The notes under the pieces are model-generated. The model did not search any database. It had not been told where the DNA came from and saw nothing but the letters and a program-made list of their open reading frames with translations. From Lingula anatina (lineage: Eukaryota > Animalia > Brachiopoda), in the NCBI GenBank assembly GCA_051362555.1, contig CM120648.1, positions 11,590,587 through 11,654,586 on the forward strand: a stretch of DNA of 64,000 nt, read 5' to 3'. This document shows positions 24,091 through 38,119 of this stretch, one piece after another. Each line of letters starts with the position of its first letter. Position 1 is the first letter of the stretch. The translations under genes and the position numbers were made by a program.

Positions 24091-27000
24091 TCAATTATTA
24101 TCTTTTCCTGTCTGGATGAAATGTTTTTCTGTTCCATAATGCGGCATATCTTTGAAAATTAGCAATTCCCTGATAGACTTTACCGGCGCGTATCCCGACG
24201 TTCTTCCACGTAGAGCATGGGCGATTGTAAGGTACATCAACAGCACACTTACCTGAAATATAAAAGAATATGCTTAATAAAACACACACTCACGATGTTG
24301 AAACGTTGTCTACTGGAAAATTCGTACTAGAAATGCGGTCATTGTCAGGACAGTGGCAACCATCATCCAGGTAATTACGAAATACTTACTTCCGGTATCG
24401 TCACTGTAGACCTACTATAGGGTATACCCTATACTATAGTACTGTGATTTTGTAACAAAGGTAAATTGGCCCAAAGTTAGTCTCGTCGCCAATAGAAACA
24501 ATGTCAGGAAGTGACATTTTTAAAATCATTCAATCGCGCGTACTTGATTGCTGTTGGAAATTAAATTCCAAAATTTTTTACCATATTTTCTCTATCATGT
24601 ATTGGTATATACAATTTATCGCAACTGGAAGGGAAATGTAAGGGGGATATAGTGTTACGTGCTTAAAGTCATAATAACTCTTCATTTTGGCCAAAAATTG
24701 GATTTTCCTGGAGTAAACGGCAATTTTCCCGTACTTACCAATGGTCAGCGACCCCATTCCTGCATTCAAAGTTAATCCAGGGTTTCTTTCCTAAACGTAC
24801 GGTTTTTTGTTAAAATCTCTTAAGAGATTTTAACTGACGGAGCTCTCTCTGACATCGCATAGTCACTGTTGACCTACTTAAAACCGCGGGAAAAGCAGAC
24901 AACAACAACACTATATAAGATTCGTGAGATATATTCGTCTTTTTGTTAAAAATACATTAATATCCACAATGTGTGCCATTCTGGGCTTTTCGTTATCCGA
25001 CGCACTGTACAAAAACTCGCAACTTACGTCTGCGTCTGCATTAATGCGTTTACCGCCATATGTTATTTTGGTCTCGAATGAACGCGAGAATCCGCGTGAC
25101 ACCATTACGTCATTAGCAACGAATGCCTTGATGACCGGGAAGAAAAGCATCGTAAGCCCTATTGACAGCACAGATTTTAGTTTTACTACAATAACGGCCG
25201 TTTTAGTGGTAAAATACAATAGAATATATTTCCATGCGTTGTTTACAATGTATTTCATGCGGAATTTTGAATCTCAAAGGAAGAGTTATTATTGCTTTAA
25301 ATAAATTAACTGGCTTAAAAAAACTTTCCATCCTAACTTTACTTACATCTCCCAGACAAAGACCCGTTAGCACACCTGATAATGTGCTAAAAGGATAGCT
25401 GTCCAAGACACTTCCTCCGATTATAGGGCCAGTGAAGTCCCTGAAAACAGCCATGTCAAAGTTCAAAATATTATTTGCATCTACAATATGATGAATTAAG
25501 AATAACATGGTGGTTTTAAAATAAAAATGTACGTGCGTTATCAAGATACGGGAGGTCCATTTACTTTTGTGGACAAGCACGCTTTGTCTGCACAGAGACA
25601 TGTAAACTGCTAGGTTGAAAGTGAATTTTTTTTTTTTTTTTTTTTTTTTTGCTTTCAAACTTACATGCTGTTTAGGGGATTGGTGAGTAGGATAATGTAG
25701 TTTAAACGAAAGATTCCGAAACTAACAACAAAAGTGAACAGTGAACGGGCCTTCGTTTCGCTTTCTCGTTATCTCCGGAGGTTACGGATGTATCTCTATA
25801 TAACCAAATTTTAAAGATCCCAATTAATTTCTATCATTCTCTTTCCAAACTGGAGTTCTGCTAAAGATGGCTTAGGAAACGCATTTGCAAGAAATACATA
25901 TATAGTATTATATATATAATTAAAAGAATAATAATAAACACATGTTTCTAGAATGAAATTATGAAGACACTTGCCCTATTCCCATGGATGTTTCAAAAGT
26001 GGCAGATAGACTTCCGTACGTGGTCATATCATCTGGTAAGCCCGAGGCCCTGCAATAAAAAACGACCATCTAACTCATTACAATAACATTTATGTATCCT
26101 TGATCTAAACCGACTGAAATAATATAACATAACAATTCAGAGAATAGGACAAACTCAAGTATGACGTTCGAAATTGGGCCGATGACGGACACATTTATTG
26201 AAGGTCCCTCTGATAATAGAAGTGAAGTATTTTAGCGATAAACATTGCATTGTGTTGAGTAATTGTATTTACATAATGCTTACGCCTGAAAACATGCAGT
26301 TATTATATTATTTCCAAGCAAATAGTGCACACATTACAGTTTGTGGGATTGCAAAGAGGCAAGCCATTATAAATCTCAACTAAGACAGTGGAACACGATA
26401 CGTTGCAACTAACGCAATGACAGTTTAAGCCTTGTTTTTATTTCACAATGGGACGTTCTTTGGTCTGTTTCAAAAAGCGTAAACTCACGTTGCATCTAAT
26501 AAACGGTCTGCCATTACTGCTACGTTGGTACACGCCGAGCCTATCCCAAGGGTGCAACTTCCTAGGTATATACTCCACGACGCACTAAAATATAGACCAA
26601 GGCGTCCATGCAAATTATAAAAGTTATAATCTAAATTTTTAAAAAGCTCAAAAATATTTTGCCAACTAGACGTGCTACTAAACCAGTGTACTATTTTTTA
26701 CTTTCGACCCTATGATGGAATGTTACTGCAAAAACGCCGACAACCTTTTATTTTGTTTCTCTTATGCAAAAAATTACCAAACATGAATAAGATGAAAGAA
26801 TCTAAAGGTTACGATCTCAAATCTTTATACAGAATGGATGTACACTGGGCCATAGACTCTCTCTAGCTTCGGAGGTACTTCCTTTACCACCAGCCCCGCC
26901 CCTTTCCCCACCCTTTTCCCCGCCCCTTTCCCCGCCCCAACCCCAACAGAAAAAAAAACTATTGTAGACAGATCCAGGCCTTTTTTTTAATCTTGCCCGT

Positions 27001-30000
27001 GTATGATATGACTAAAATGATTTCTCCACTATTTTCAAAAGAAAAAAGTCCCTTGCCTCCCTTTAGAATGGTAAAATATGGATCCACCAGTGGATGTTTA
27101 CAGCGGCAAGTTAAAGCCCCCTCACACTGGAGAGTAAAAAAAAAATACTTTACGTGCGACAGCTGGTCAATCATTGAGCATTCATTCTGCAACCAAATCG
27201 CTTGTGCCTCCTTTCTACGACTACAGTGATGCCAGTTTCTTGGACACACAAAGGACGTTAAAAGGACGTCGTCCAGTGTAAATGGGGGTTTAAATCCTTG
27301 CATTATCTATAGAAAGGGCACATCGACCTGTAGGCCTACTTACCCTTCACCATTAGGGTACAGACTCGTAACTGGAATCCAGGGCCCCACTAGAGTATAA
27401 CCTAATGTGGAGACAAAGAGTCCAACAATAACCTGCACTTTGTTGCGGTTCTGGAATTGAAAAAAAAAAAAAGATACGTGACATAAAATGGCGCCATTTT
27501 TTTGGAACAGGTGCATTACACTAGAGGACATTACACGTATTACATACCATTGATAACACATTATTTTCATTTTGGTGGGTTCAAAGGGGGACAATTACGT
27601 ACACAGCATGGTCTGAAGATGTGTCGATATGTTTCAAGACGCACCCGCTACGTAATGTTACGTTCTCCCAAGTTGTATACGTACCAGTATAGAACAATGT
27701 ATTTTGAGAAAAGCAGGTTCATAAAAAAATAACCTCTGGCAGCCTTAGAAGATATTCTATCTAAAGTAAATCAGCTTCTATAAAATCAAACTCAATACTT
27801 ACCAATTTATTGGATACTAGTCCAAATAGGGGCACGGTAAATGAGTATGTTAGGCCAATGAGAGAAAATGCAAGGCCTATCATCACGTGGTTGCCCTCTA
27901 AATTGCTGTCCACCTAGAAATAAACAGGAAATTACATCCATATCAACTATGTTAATAATACAGTTTACTTCAGTTGCTTTTTACAGAGACTCATAAATGG
28001 CCTTGTGCCCTACTTATGAAATTGTAAACGAGACTTACCTAGATACACAAGGAGCAAATGAAGTAAGCAACCCTGTACACAAGGGTCAGATGACGGAAGC
28101 GACCAACACGTCTTCATTTGCTCAGAGATCAATACAATGGAAATTGTCACAAAATGATTTAATTCTATTTGCTCCTCTTAAAACGTGTCTTGATTCTTTG
28201 TTCTCATAAACTACTTTCTTATAAGGGTACACGAGCGTTGTCCAATGATTTTTAAATGTCTTGCACAAATCCATTTGCTCAAACCAAGTTAAGCATTGCA
28301 CTTTTAGGCTAAGGTATATCGTTCGTTTATTTTAAATTGTGTCAATAATAAAATACACTCCGATGAAAACAATTTGGGTGTTACCAGCTTACTTTTTCCA
28401 AGTGTCGCCCAAGTGTAGGTGACAAGGACCCGATTCCGAAATACAATATAATCACCGCAATGTATTCTAATACAGCGACAGGTTTCTTCAATATTTGCAG
28501 CACCTGACCGTGTTGCGAAGACTTTTCTAAAATAAACGTAAGCAATACCACATGAAAGTCCTGCGCGCACATAAAATAACCAGCAAAGCAATACGTTAAA
28601 TTTCAGCAGTCAACTCCACGTGTGCGCCGACTTGAAATGTATCAGTTATTCTGTGTAATCTGTGCCTCTAAAGTAAGGAACAGTACGCAACAAATGCAAA
28701 GATTGTTATACATAATAAGAAAATATATAAGTATTATGTGTCAAATTTCTATATGTCTTCTTCTGCACTACAGTAAATAGGAGTTATAAAAAACTACCTG
28801 AGATACAATCTCTTTCTCAAAATAGTTTTCTTGTTATATTTTATGTGGCGTCTTAAGAAAATTCAAGCATGAGGAGATGTACAAAAATTTGATAAATATG
28901 AAATATGCAAAAAAATTAGTAGATGAAGGCCTAAAAGGGTATGTTTTGGTTATGAAATGAATTGAACGGGTTTTACCATCCTTGTCGTCATCCGGCAATG
29001 TGAAAAATGCCCAGACACCTAATATGACAGCAGCAGGACCAAACACAAAAAAGGGCCGCCCGAAGCCGCCCAGCTGATAGAGGCCGCCACCAGCCAAAGG
29101 CCCGAAGACTAACCCAAGCCCAAGGGACATTTCTAAGAACCCCTAAAAATGAAAAATAAAACATAAAGCATGCTGAAATTATATTTAACTTAAATAATTG
29201 GAAAGCCTTGGACGTAAAAAATAATTTTCAACACAACATGACGCCTCTGTTTTTATTTATGTACTTACGTAGGCCGTGGCCGCCTCATTCCTAAACTCTC
29301 TGGTTATTATAGCGTAGTTTGCTGTCATTGCCATGGCTGCTCCGACCGATTCCATCACACGAACCGTTATTCCGAGGCCAAGAAACCATTGGCCAGACTT
29401 TATTTCTCCTAGAAATCTAAAAAAGGGGAATATTTAGGAGATAGCTCTGTAATTCCATGTTGTGGGGGGAATTAAACAATATTTAATGGAAAACTAACCC
29501 ATTACTGTTAAAAATAACTAAATCCAGGGAATGTTTTAATAATCATTGGTAATAACACTACGGTTAATTTGCATTTTGCTTGAAATCATGTTTCACATTA
29601 AAAAGAAAACTTCGAGACATGTAAAAAGAAAGTATTTGAAGATCACATGTTTTCCGTCATTTTCAAATTCCACGTATAGTCTTTTTTGTCTTTAAAGCAA
29701 ATATGACAAAATGGCCATTAAAAACTGTACTTACCCAAACAGAAAAGAACTGGTTCCAAGCACTACCAGGCCGACACAGTAACACCACCTGGCTCCTATC
29801 CGAGATAACTGAAATTAAAATATATAGATATAAATGTTCTTTTATGGAATCTTCCTACAGAGCGCCGCTTCCCAGGTGACATTCGTGCCATATACTAACC
29901 CCAATACACCAACTAACGTTATAACCCTAATCTGTGCTTATATGGGAGCCCGGACTTCCATTCCTAGGACTTGTATTCCTGTTATACCGGCCCCTTGTAC

Positions 30001-32461
30001 AATCCACACTGAATTTGTCCTATTTTATCTATCATAAGTATGGGCCGTACGTGTTTCATGGGAATAGGCATTTGGCTGCTACATTGTAGATGACTAGATG
30101 GTGATTTCTTTTGCTTACTGAAGAGCTTCTTCTCCAGCTTTTATTCTGGATAGGAAGCTCTTCAGTAAGCAAAAGAAGTCAACATCTAGTCACCAAGCTG
30201 CAAAAAGGCCTATTGGTTTCCACTTGGTCTTCTTCTTCCACAAGTCCACTTTCTCTACTTATTAGCAAGTATATTACAGGGGCGGATCCAGAGATATTTT
30301 CTGACAGTCTTCCAAATTATCTTTGTTGATCCATGTTCCATTTTTGACCGTCTTCCGACAGAAAACATTAGATGGCTGACAATGTAAACTTGAAAATCTG
30401 ACCGTCTTCCAGAAGACCCAGAAGACGGCCTAAATCCGCCCCTGTCTTATGTAATTCCACCGAGGTTATATACATATATGTATCCGTGACCACATACTGC
30501 ATGTTGTTGCTATCCATGTTCAGAAGTCAAGCTCACTCTATTTACTCGTTTGACTCCTTTGGTAATGGAACCACCAGAGACTTATCGGGTAGACTTAATT
30601 TCCTGAATTGTTTCAGGGGAGTAAACGATTTAATGCTGCTTTTCTCCTTTACCCGTTTTCCGTTTAAAACAAGTCTTAATCTCTTTTTTATGCAGACAGC
30701 TGTAACTGTGCTTTTGTAGAGTATTTTATTCCCGATATTGTAAAATTTAAACATTTTATTGGTTAAATAAATCTTTATCTTTTTGAACTTTAAATGATAC
30801 AAATGCACGACGTGTTGTTATGAAAATAAAGATTACACACCTGTACGCAAAAAAAATCGCAATATTAAAAAAAATAATAAACCGTTATCAGGTGTGTATT
30901 CTAAGAGGCTTATGAATATTTTACATTTTTAAACATTCCTCACTCACACGTCCTTGGGTAACATTTTGGGGAGAAGCATCTTCAGACTAAAAATCACCTC
31001 TTGATCTTTTTCAATTCTCAATTAAGTCATCTTACTCTTTTTCTCATTAATAAATTCCCAGCCATTGAATACATGCACTTTTACGTGTGTTGCGCATTGA
31101 TTGAGCGTGTAGAAGCCGTTGGTAGGATACTTTAACTTACATACCCGAGATCCTATGAAAAGAGAACAGCTGACCTTGGCGACTTCATAGCACCCGAATA
31201 TGGCGCCCGCAGCAGTCAATGAAAGACCTTTGGCTACAGCCTGGAAAAGAAGGCGGTTAAGAGGTGCAATATTGCATCATGCATGCATTAACCGGTTTTA
31301 TAATTTTAAATTTATATAAACAAATGTATTATAACACGCGGAAGAAATATTTTCACGGTTAAATGTAGTTCTCATTTAGCTATTTCGAATGGTTTAGATT
31401 TTATTTATCATACATAGCAAGAAAACGCAGTAGATACTCCAGCGCAGTAGACTACTGCAATCATACTGCAAACATGCTTCAAATCTGCTTCGATTTGGAA
31501 CATATTTGAAACATGCTTCTATCATGCTGCATTAATGCTCCTCTCTGTACAAACCTATGTACTTTTTGGGGTAGAATTGCAGTAGGCTATGCTGCATTTC
31601 TACTGCAAATATGCTCCACACCACTACTGCGTTAATGCTTTTTTGCTGCTTCGATACTACTGCAGCCCAGCACTATGGCAATATGGTGAGGGCAGCATGC
31701 ATTTTACCTACACGCATAACAATTCTCATAATTGTAGAAAATGTCTATCTGACAGTCTGTTTGCAGATTGTTAGTGTTTTATATGTAAAATAATAAAGCA
31801 TTTAAGTGAGGTATAAGAGTCCCAATATCGCCGATTAACCCAAGATGGCCGCCATAAATATTTTTTCTGTAGGATTACCCCTGTTTTCATATAATATAGG
31901 TTAAATAACAGGTGTATCCATAGTACCCTAGAGAATTTGGTATAGGGTATGTTGATTGGTTATTTGCTAATTTGTTAATTCTTAAATAGCACCCTTCTGT
32001 CTTGTATAGTAGAAACAATGCAAATAGGTCTTATTATACTAACCGCCACTTGTAAGTACCTAGATGAACGTTAACGTCATTTTCTCTTCCAAGCACCTGC
32101 AGATGTATTTAAAAAGTCTTCATGTAAAATACCAGAATTGGAATGCTTTTTCCATCATTTATAGATAAATATTAACGTTGAATCTCACCTCGCCAATTAT
32201 CTGCTCTCTTTCGCGTAAAGTTCAGCGCCCCGTGCTTCATTTATACCGAAGATGGGGACAAAAGAGACGGTTTGAGAGAGCGAGAGAGAGAGAATGACAC
32301 CGAAAAGTGTTCAACCTTACCTCGTCTCTAAGGAATGGCTGGAGCACGGAATAACAGCCGAATAACATGGCGTTGGTGAGACAACCGTTCACCAGTGTGA
32401 CCTTTTGCAAGGTACTCCATCGTAAACTATCTTCCCCCTTTTCCTTACTGTCAGATACCAT
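24091..32461 (-). CDS. SLC18B1: MFS transporter SLC18B1-like, copy 2 (12 exons, 467 aa)
   Basis: Exons 32321-32461, 31145-31240, 29735-29808, 29269-29416, 28977-29142, 28393-28526, 27803-27913, 27344-27450, 26489-26584, 25975-26049, 25347-25440, 24091-24252; same sizes as copy 1, open frame. Confidence 0.85.
24667..25296. mobile_element. Kolobok-like non-autonomous element in intron 11 of copy 2
   Basis: TTAA on both flanks; TIR AG..ATAATAACTCTTC; absent in copy 1 (~16203); inverted relative at 55151. Confidence 0.85.
27115..27290. mobile_element. Harbinger-like MITE, same family as 13608
   Basis: TAA flanks; AGCCCCCTCACACTGG / CCAGTGTAAATGGGGGTT termini; shared internal atcattgagcattcattctg. 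Confidence 0.8.
30277..30444. mobile_element. CAGGGGCGGATCC-terminal MITE in intron 2 of copy 2
   Basis: CAGGGGCGGAT...ATCCGCCCCTG inverted termini; internal ccgtcttc repeats. Confidence 0.8.
31415..31675. mobile_element. Repetitive insertion in intron 1 of copy 2
   Basis: tactgc/gcagta repeats; absent from copy 1 (~21935). Confidence 0.6.
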
Positions 32462-33024
32462 TTATGAACAAATTTAGTGAAACCGAGTAAATGCAGTAAA
32501 AACGCGTAGTGTTTAGTTTTTGTAGTCCTAGTGGGTCCACGGCATTGAAGCAGTTTTTCGTTTCCACGCAGTGAATGTGAACAACAACTGAAACGATGCA
32601 CGTGATTTGCACACAAAACAGTATTCTACGCCAGCTGACTGTGCCAGTAGGTTATTACTATAAATACCGTATAAGTACGTACCAGTATTAAGTACCAGTA
32701 TTTGCCGTCTATATGGGGCTTCCATTGAGGTCTTGGCGGAGAATCAAAGGTGACAATAACAAATAAACATTGAACTTAACTGAACAAAATACAAAAAATC
32801 GATTTAAAACCATTGGCTGAAGACAGTTAGCACAGACTTAGACTTATGACTTCTTTCGTCTAAGGTCCCAGAGGGAAGATTGCTGGTATAGATTTCATTG
32901 AGTGAGAACTGCTGCTGTCAACAGCCGACAACTGAGCTCGACGTATGCGGTTCTTTACGGTGGTCACTTGTCTCCTAACAGCAACCCTGCCGAAATAACG
33001 GCGATTGTGCATGCAGACGTCTTA

Positions 33025-33255
33025 TGCCCCTATTTCACACAGACCACGAATCCCACGAATCGCAAGGAATTGACAAAGTTCAGGATTCGTGGTTGAATAT
33101 TAATCAGTTCGTGAAGTTCTTAACAGATTCGTATATATTCGTAGTCAGTTCTTGGAATTCTTGATCAAATTTCAGGATTCGATTCAACTGCGAATCCTGA
33201 AATTTATCAATTCCTGGCGATTCGAGGGATTCGTGGTCTGTGTGAAATAGGGGCA
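33025..33255. mobile_element. PIF/Harbinger-like MITE upstream of copy 2
   Basis: Perfect TIR TGCCCCTATTTCACACAGACCACGAATCCC; TTA duplication; empty site gtcttaggac at ~23081. Confidence 0.92.
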
Positions 33256-35199
33256 TTAGGACAGTAAATTCAGAAACATGGTTTGCCTTGTTCTGGTAAA
33301 ATGTTGCAGTCAAGTTCCTTTATTATCTAACGTTTTCTGCTTATTAGCTAGCTTTCTTACTTTTCTTGGTGTGGTTTTCTTCAATGGGCCTAGGCCTTAC
33401 ACAAGAAATCTTGCCCATGCGCCTGTTTGGTCTAAACCCCTTTGTAAATTTAGAATACTAAGTCCTTTTGCTGACACCTTTTGTGAGGATAAATATGTGG
33501 TGATTAATTTTATAGAAAGAAATAACAGGTTTCATGTCAGGCTATATCCATTTTCCCCTGTTTTAAAAATGCAAGTCACTCAGCACGAACTTTCGTGAGT
33601 AAAATGGATAATAATATACAGGTAGGTAGAAAAAACATTTCTTCGTGATGCAGATGTACTTAAAATAACAAAATGGCCTTTCACACTGATATGTTGAATA
33701 TTAATTCACCAATTTTTTTTTTATTGTCAATAACCATGCATGAATGTTTTTTACGATTAAATACAGGACTGTTAACAAGGGTAGATTTAGTTATCCTGGT
33801 GTTCTGAGCATTCCCGCACCAATGCACATTAAAATGCAGTATTCTTCTTTTTATTTTTTTTTTTTTTTTGTATTTTTCTACCTGCCATCCAAATATACCC
33901 CTTTTCTTCCTTATATCTTTTAACTATGCGAAATGTGTCCCCTTTAGCTTTGACGCTCTAAGCCGCGCTCAGTGTGTACATAAATCCCTCGCTGACCGTT
34001 CAAGTTAATTACTGAAAACAAAGAATTTGCGTGCCACATTTAAATAATTCATTTCAGCGATTTAGACCATTCGCCAAGGACGAGCAGTGTTGTGCAAGAC
34101 ATGTGCTGGTACATCATGGTAAGTACAAGGGTTGGTTTCACAAATAAATGATTGCCCCAACTGTGGTCGTAACCCTGTGACCATTTTTTCTCTATTCAGT
34201 TTATTTCTATACGGGTGCATAGATCAAAACTTGTTCAATATACTATCATTAACAGCAATGGGAAAATATATCTTTATTTAATGGACAGATGTACTAGCTA
34301 AATTACCAATAATATATTTAAACTAACTTTTGTGTCAAAATAATGTCCGCTACAGGATAAGTTAAAGAAGCCTCCGTAGAAGTTCACTTCAGTGAAATAA
34401 TATCGGACTTAAACATTAGCAATGGCTTACCAAAAACAGACAGATCAAAGGGGACAAGAAGTTTGCCCACGGATCCTACAAAATTGTGAAACACAGGAGT
34501 GTTGAAATTGAACGTTGATTGATAAAATATCTGCGGACTGCATTTTACGGCATAATAACACAAACCATTCGTCACAGAAGTGTGCTGTTATGCACGCGAG
34601 GAGGATACATAACGGTGCGAACAGCTCCTTTTTAATGGGTTGAGATAAAATGATTTACGATGTAGCATGTACACTACATGGACATTAAAAAAGGCATAAA
34701 GGCATTTCGATGGCAGGGTTTTGAAAAGAATCCCGCTGGACTATGAAAACCGCGTTACCATCCTTTATATGAGCATTGACTTTTTATTCAGGATTTTTTG
34801 TTTGATGGCATTTGTATCTCAAGTTGATCTTAGATCTGCGGTAAGAATTATAATAAACCAGCGCTTAAAAAGGAAGATGGGGCAGCCTTATACTCATACC
34901 GGTGCCTTTGAAAATGGACTTAGTCTGCATTTATGGAATGTTATCGATGTTACACATGCTATAGTGTACATATATTATCACCCTACTTTAATAGTGAATA
35001 CATATTGAAAAAAAGTTATATATATTAGCTTAAAAAACGTGTTTTTTAATGGTATGTCTGTGGTTTTATGGTTTTATCATTCATCTTTCTCCATTCTTCC
35101 ACCAGAGCAGCTCTTAACTCCACGACGGTCGTAGGCTGGGACTGGCGGTTATAAAGACGCATCTTCTCAATTCATTCCCGGCATGCTCAATGGGAGACA

Positions 35200-35390
35200 T
35201 GGAACGCATTCAGAAAAGCGGACTAACAGATCCGATGATCAAATATGGCGACCCACATAAAAGCTTGCCGCTTAGTTCCCCATTATGACACCGAATAGAT
35301 CCCCCGCGGGGATTACTCAACAAGCATTCGAGTGGGTCGGCCATATTTGATCCGCGGATCTGTTAGGCTGCTGTTTTTAACGAGCTCATA
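35200..35390. mobile_element. MITE related to 43900-44405
   Basis: Inverted arms ctaacagatccg..gatcaaatatggc / gccatatttgatccgcggatctgttag. Confidence 0.7.
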
Positions 35391-35849
35391 TGGTTATATG
35401 GTTTAAAGAAGAAGAATCTGGATTTGCACCTGCTGCAAGTTTGCATGTGCTATCCTGACAGTATAGGGATGAGCAATGTACAACACTGAGAACAACAAAT
35501 TTTGCATGCAAAAATATTGTCCTAAAACATTTCTGACATTATAAACATGTAAGTTGATGGCCGTATGTATGTAATAGGACATGCAGCAAAAACAACAAAA
35601 TTGATAATTTGCAGCATTATGTCCAAACGCTTAGTTATTAGATTTATCATTCACGTATGGCATAAAAAAAAGCTAGTATGAGGGACACTAAAGCCCCTAT
35701 GCAATTTCCGCTATAAGCGATTAGACTAAATGCTTGTAATTAATGGTTGCAATCATTTACAGACTTATGTCAATTTACAAGCGCTGGGTCCAGTTATAAT
35801 TGACGTCATCATCGGTCATACTTTCTGGTTGCACGTAATGACTCTGTTT

Positions 35850-37332
35850 TAAGGGGGGTGGGGGGTGGCTGCAACAGTAATGTTCTCATGGCGTTCAGTA
35901 GGTCACTGTATAAGCCACACTGTCGATGGCACTATCAATGCTACTGTATCCGGATCTGTTACGACCCCTTCTAAATACCGCATAGACTACTGCATAGTAC
36001 AGAACGAGGAGGGCAGCCATATATACATTATAATAAAGTTCATAGAGGCCAAGGCCGCCTCCATAAATGTACTATGATAGTTCGATTTATGAAAGGCTAT
36101 TTGTGCAGATGCACAACCACTGACAGAGCGAAAGAAGGAGAGAGAGATAGAAAGAGAAGTTTGAAAACGAACACATATTTTAATTAAAAAGTGTTAAAAA
36201 AGACACCTTTGTTTTGGAACCATTCATTTCATATATTTATTTCTACTTAATTCCCAATCGTTATTTCTCTCTCTTCATAACAGAAATGTGTTTCATATAG
36301 GGTTTGAGGTCCACTTCACAAATACGCACGCGTTTCAAGTTTTATTTACTGTTTTGCTCTCCCGTAAGGCCTCCCGATAACATGTTCCACAATGGCTGCC
36401 CCAATAAGTGGCCCGATTTAGTTCATTAAAAGAAAGAAAAAATCCAAAGAAAGCTGGAGTTATACGTGAAATTAAATAATTTGTGGTGAGTTTTTACTCA
36501 TTTTCCATTTACAAAATTATAATTCAGTTTTATAAAACGGGGATATTACTGCGCATAACGTGACTATAATTGTTATTGTATTATTTTAATGTTATTAAGA
36601 TGTAACCACGGAAAATCTCGACTTTGCGTCTACAGGCTGAATCTCGCTTATATCACTGAAAATAAAAAAAGAACCTCACCAAATTCGAAAGAAACAGGTT
36701 CACTTTTATTTTCCTTCACTATCCTTTAAAAGATGAAAAATTTGCAGCAACTACATGTAATTTGCAGGACTTTGCAAGAAAAAATGTATTGCTGCTCATT
36801 TGCAACAAATTTGACATGACAACTCAAGTTTGCAGCAGGTTTGCAAGAAAAGTCTGCATGTTCCGGCAAATTTCCATATTAAGTTTGCAGTAACTTTGCA
36901 AGAAAGTATTCAAGCTTTTGCAAATTTGCAGCAAATTTGTAGCAAATTTGCAGCAAATTTGTAGCAAATTTGCAGTGAATTTGTGATAGAATTTGCAGCA
37001 GGTCTGGTATTTTTCTAAGGGATAGTACAATAATGCTGACCTGACACATTATTATGCATGAAAAGATTCTCACAAACTGACTGTCAGAAAAACCATCACG
37101 TTTTTGTATCGTAGCAGTATCGTCTGATATAGAACAAACAATAAATACCAAAAAATTTATAATAGAAACATACGTTATAATATCATATACTCTCTCCAAT
37201 ATAACAGCATACTTTTATTTGTTTAACAAAACTATACAATAAATGAATAGGATATCTTTCCCCTGACCCATAGATGTATGGTATATTGCTGACATGTACC
37301 ATGTTTTCATATTATCTGGTTAGCCATTGGGC
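35850..37332 (-). pseudogene. Truncated SLC18B1-like relic (exons 10-12 only)
   Basis: Exon-10-like 37261-37332 with in-frame TAA and GT>GA donor; exon-11-like ~36355-36425 with internal deletion; exon-12-like ~35850-36017 with lost acceptor; resembles copies 3-5. Confidence 0.85.
36723..37021. mobile_element. MITE with tttgcagcaaa repeats, family of 46450-46738
   Basis: Collinear with 46450-46738; CCT..AGGG termini. Confidence 0.75.
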
Positions 37333-38119
37333 CTGCAATAATATGAAAGATGCTGATGAGTTTAGTTAATCTCAACTACAACAATTAAACGAGATGACAG
37401 TCTGAGTTGACAGAACACATTCAACAAACGCAATGAAATGTGAAAATAGCTATAGCTCAATGGATTTGATAACATTAAAGTAACATAATGCAATGTAAAA
37501 ATATTCCCAACTAGCACAATGAAATTTGATAGCATTTCCAAGAAACACAATGAATGTGATAACGGTCACTATTAGTACAGCAAAATGTGGTAACTGTCAA
37601 TATAAACAGTATAAAATAACGAAGCCAATAATAGGTGCCAGGTCAGCGGCAAGGTACCGTATCATGGCAATTAAAGTTCCGTTTTCTAGGCTATAAGGGG
37701 ACTGGAGTTCTATACCTCAATCCAATCTCCCAAGAATGTATTTACAGTTTTGGCTTATTACTAAATGTCACTTGTACATATCTGACAACTTTATTTTACA
37801 CTTAGCGTACTATGTATTATCCATATGATTGCGGGCGCGTTAGCCGGGTGGGGTGGGGGTGGGGGGAATGAACCGCCCTATGGTCGGTGTGACAGGAATG
37901 GAAGTCCGCTAGGAACCGTAGTCCGCTTCCCGTTACTTTGTACAGGTGACATTCTTCCCATATACTAACCCCAATACTCTAAATAACCCTAACCTGCACT
38001 AATCGTTAGCGAGATAGTTCGGTCGGTAGTTATTCTTATTAACGACTGCTTCGTGCATCGGGCCCCAGGTACGGCGAACTACAATCTAGCTTCGTGACTA
38101 GTTAAAACTGAGGGCAGCG

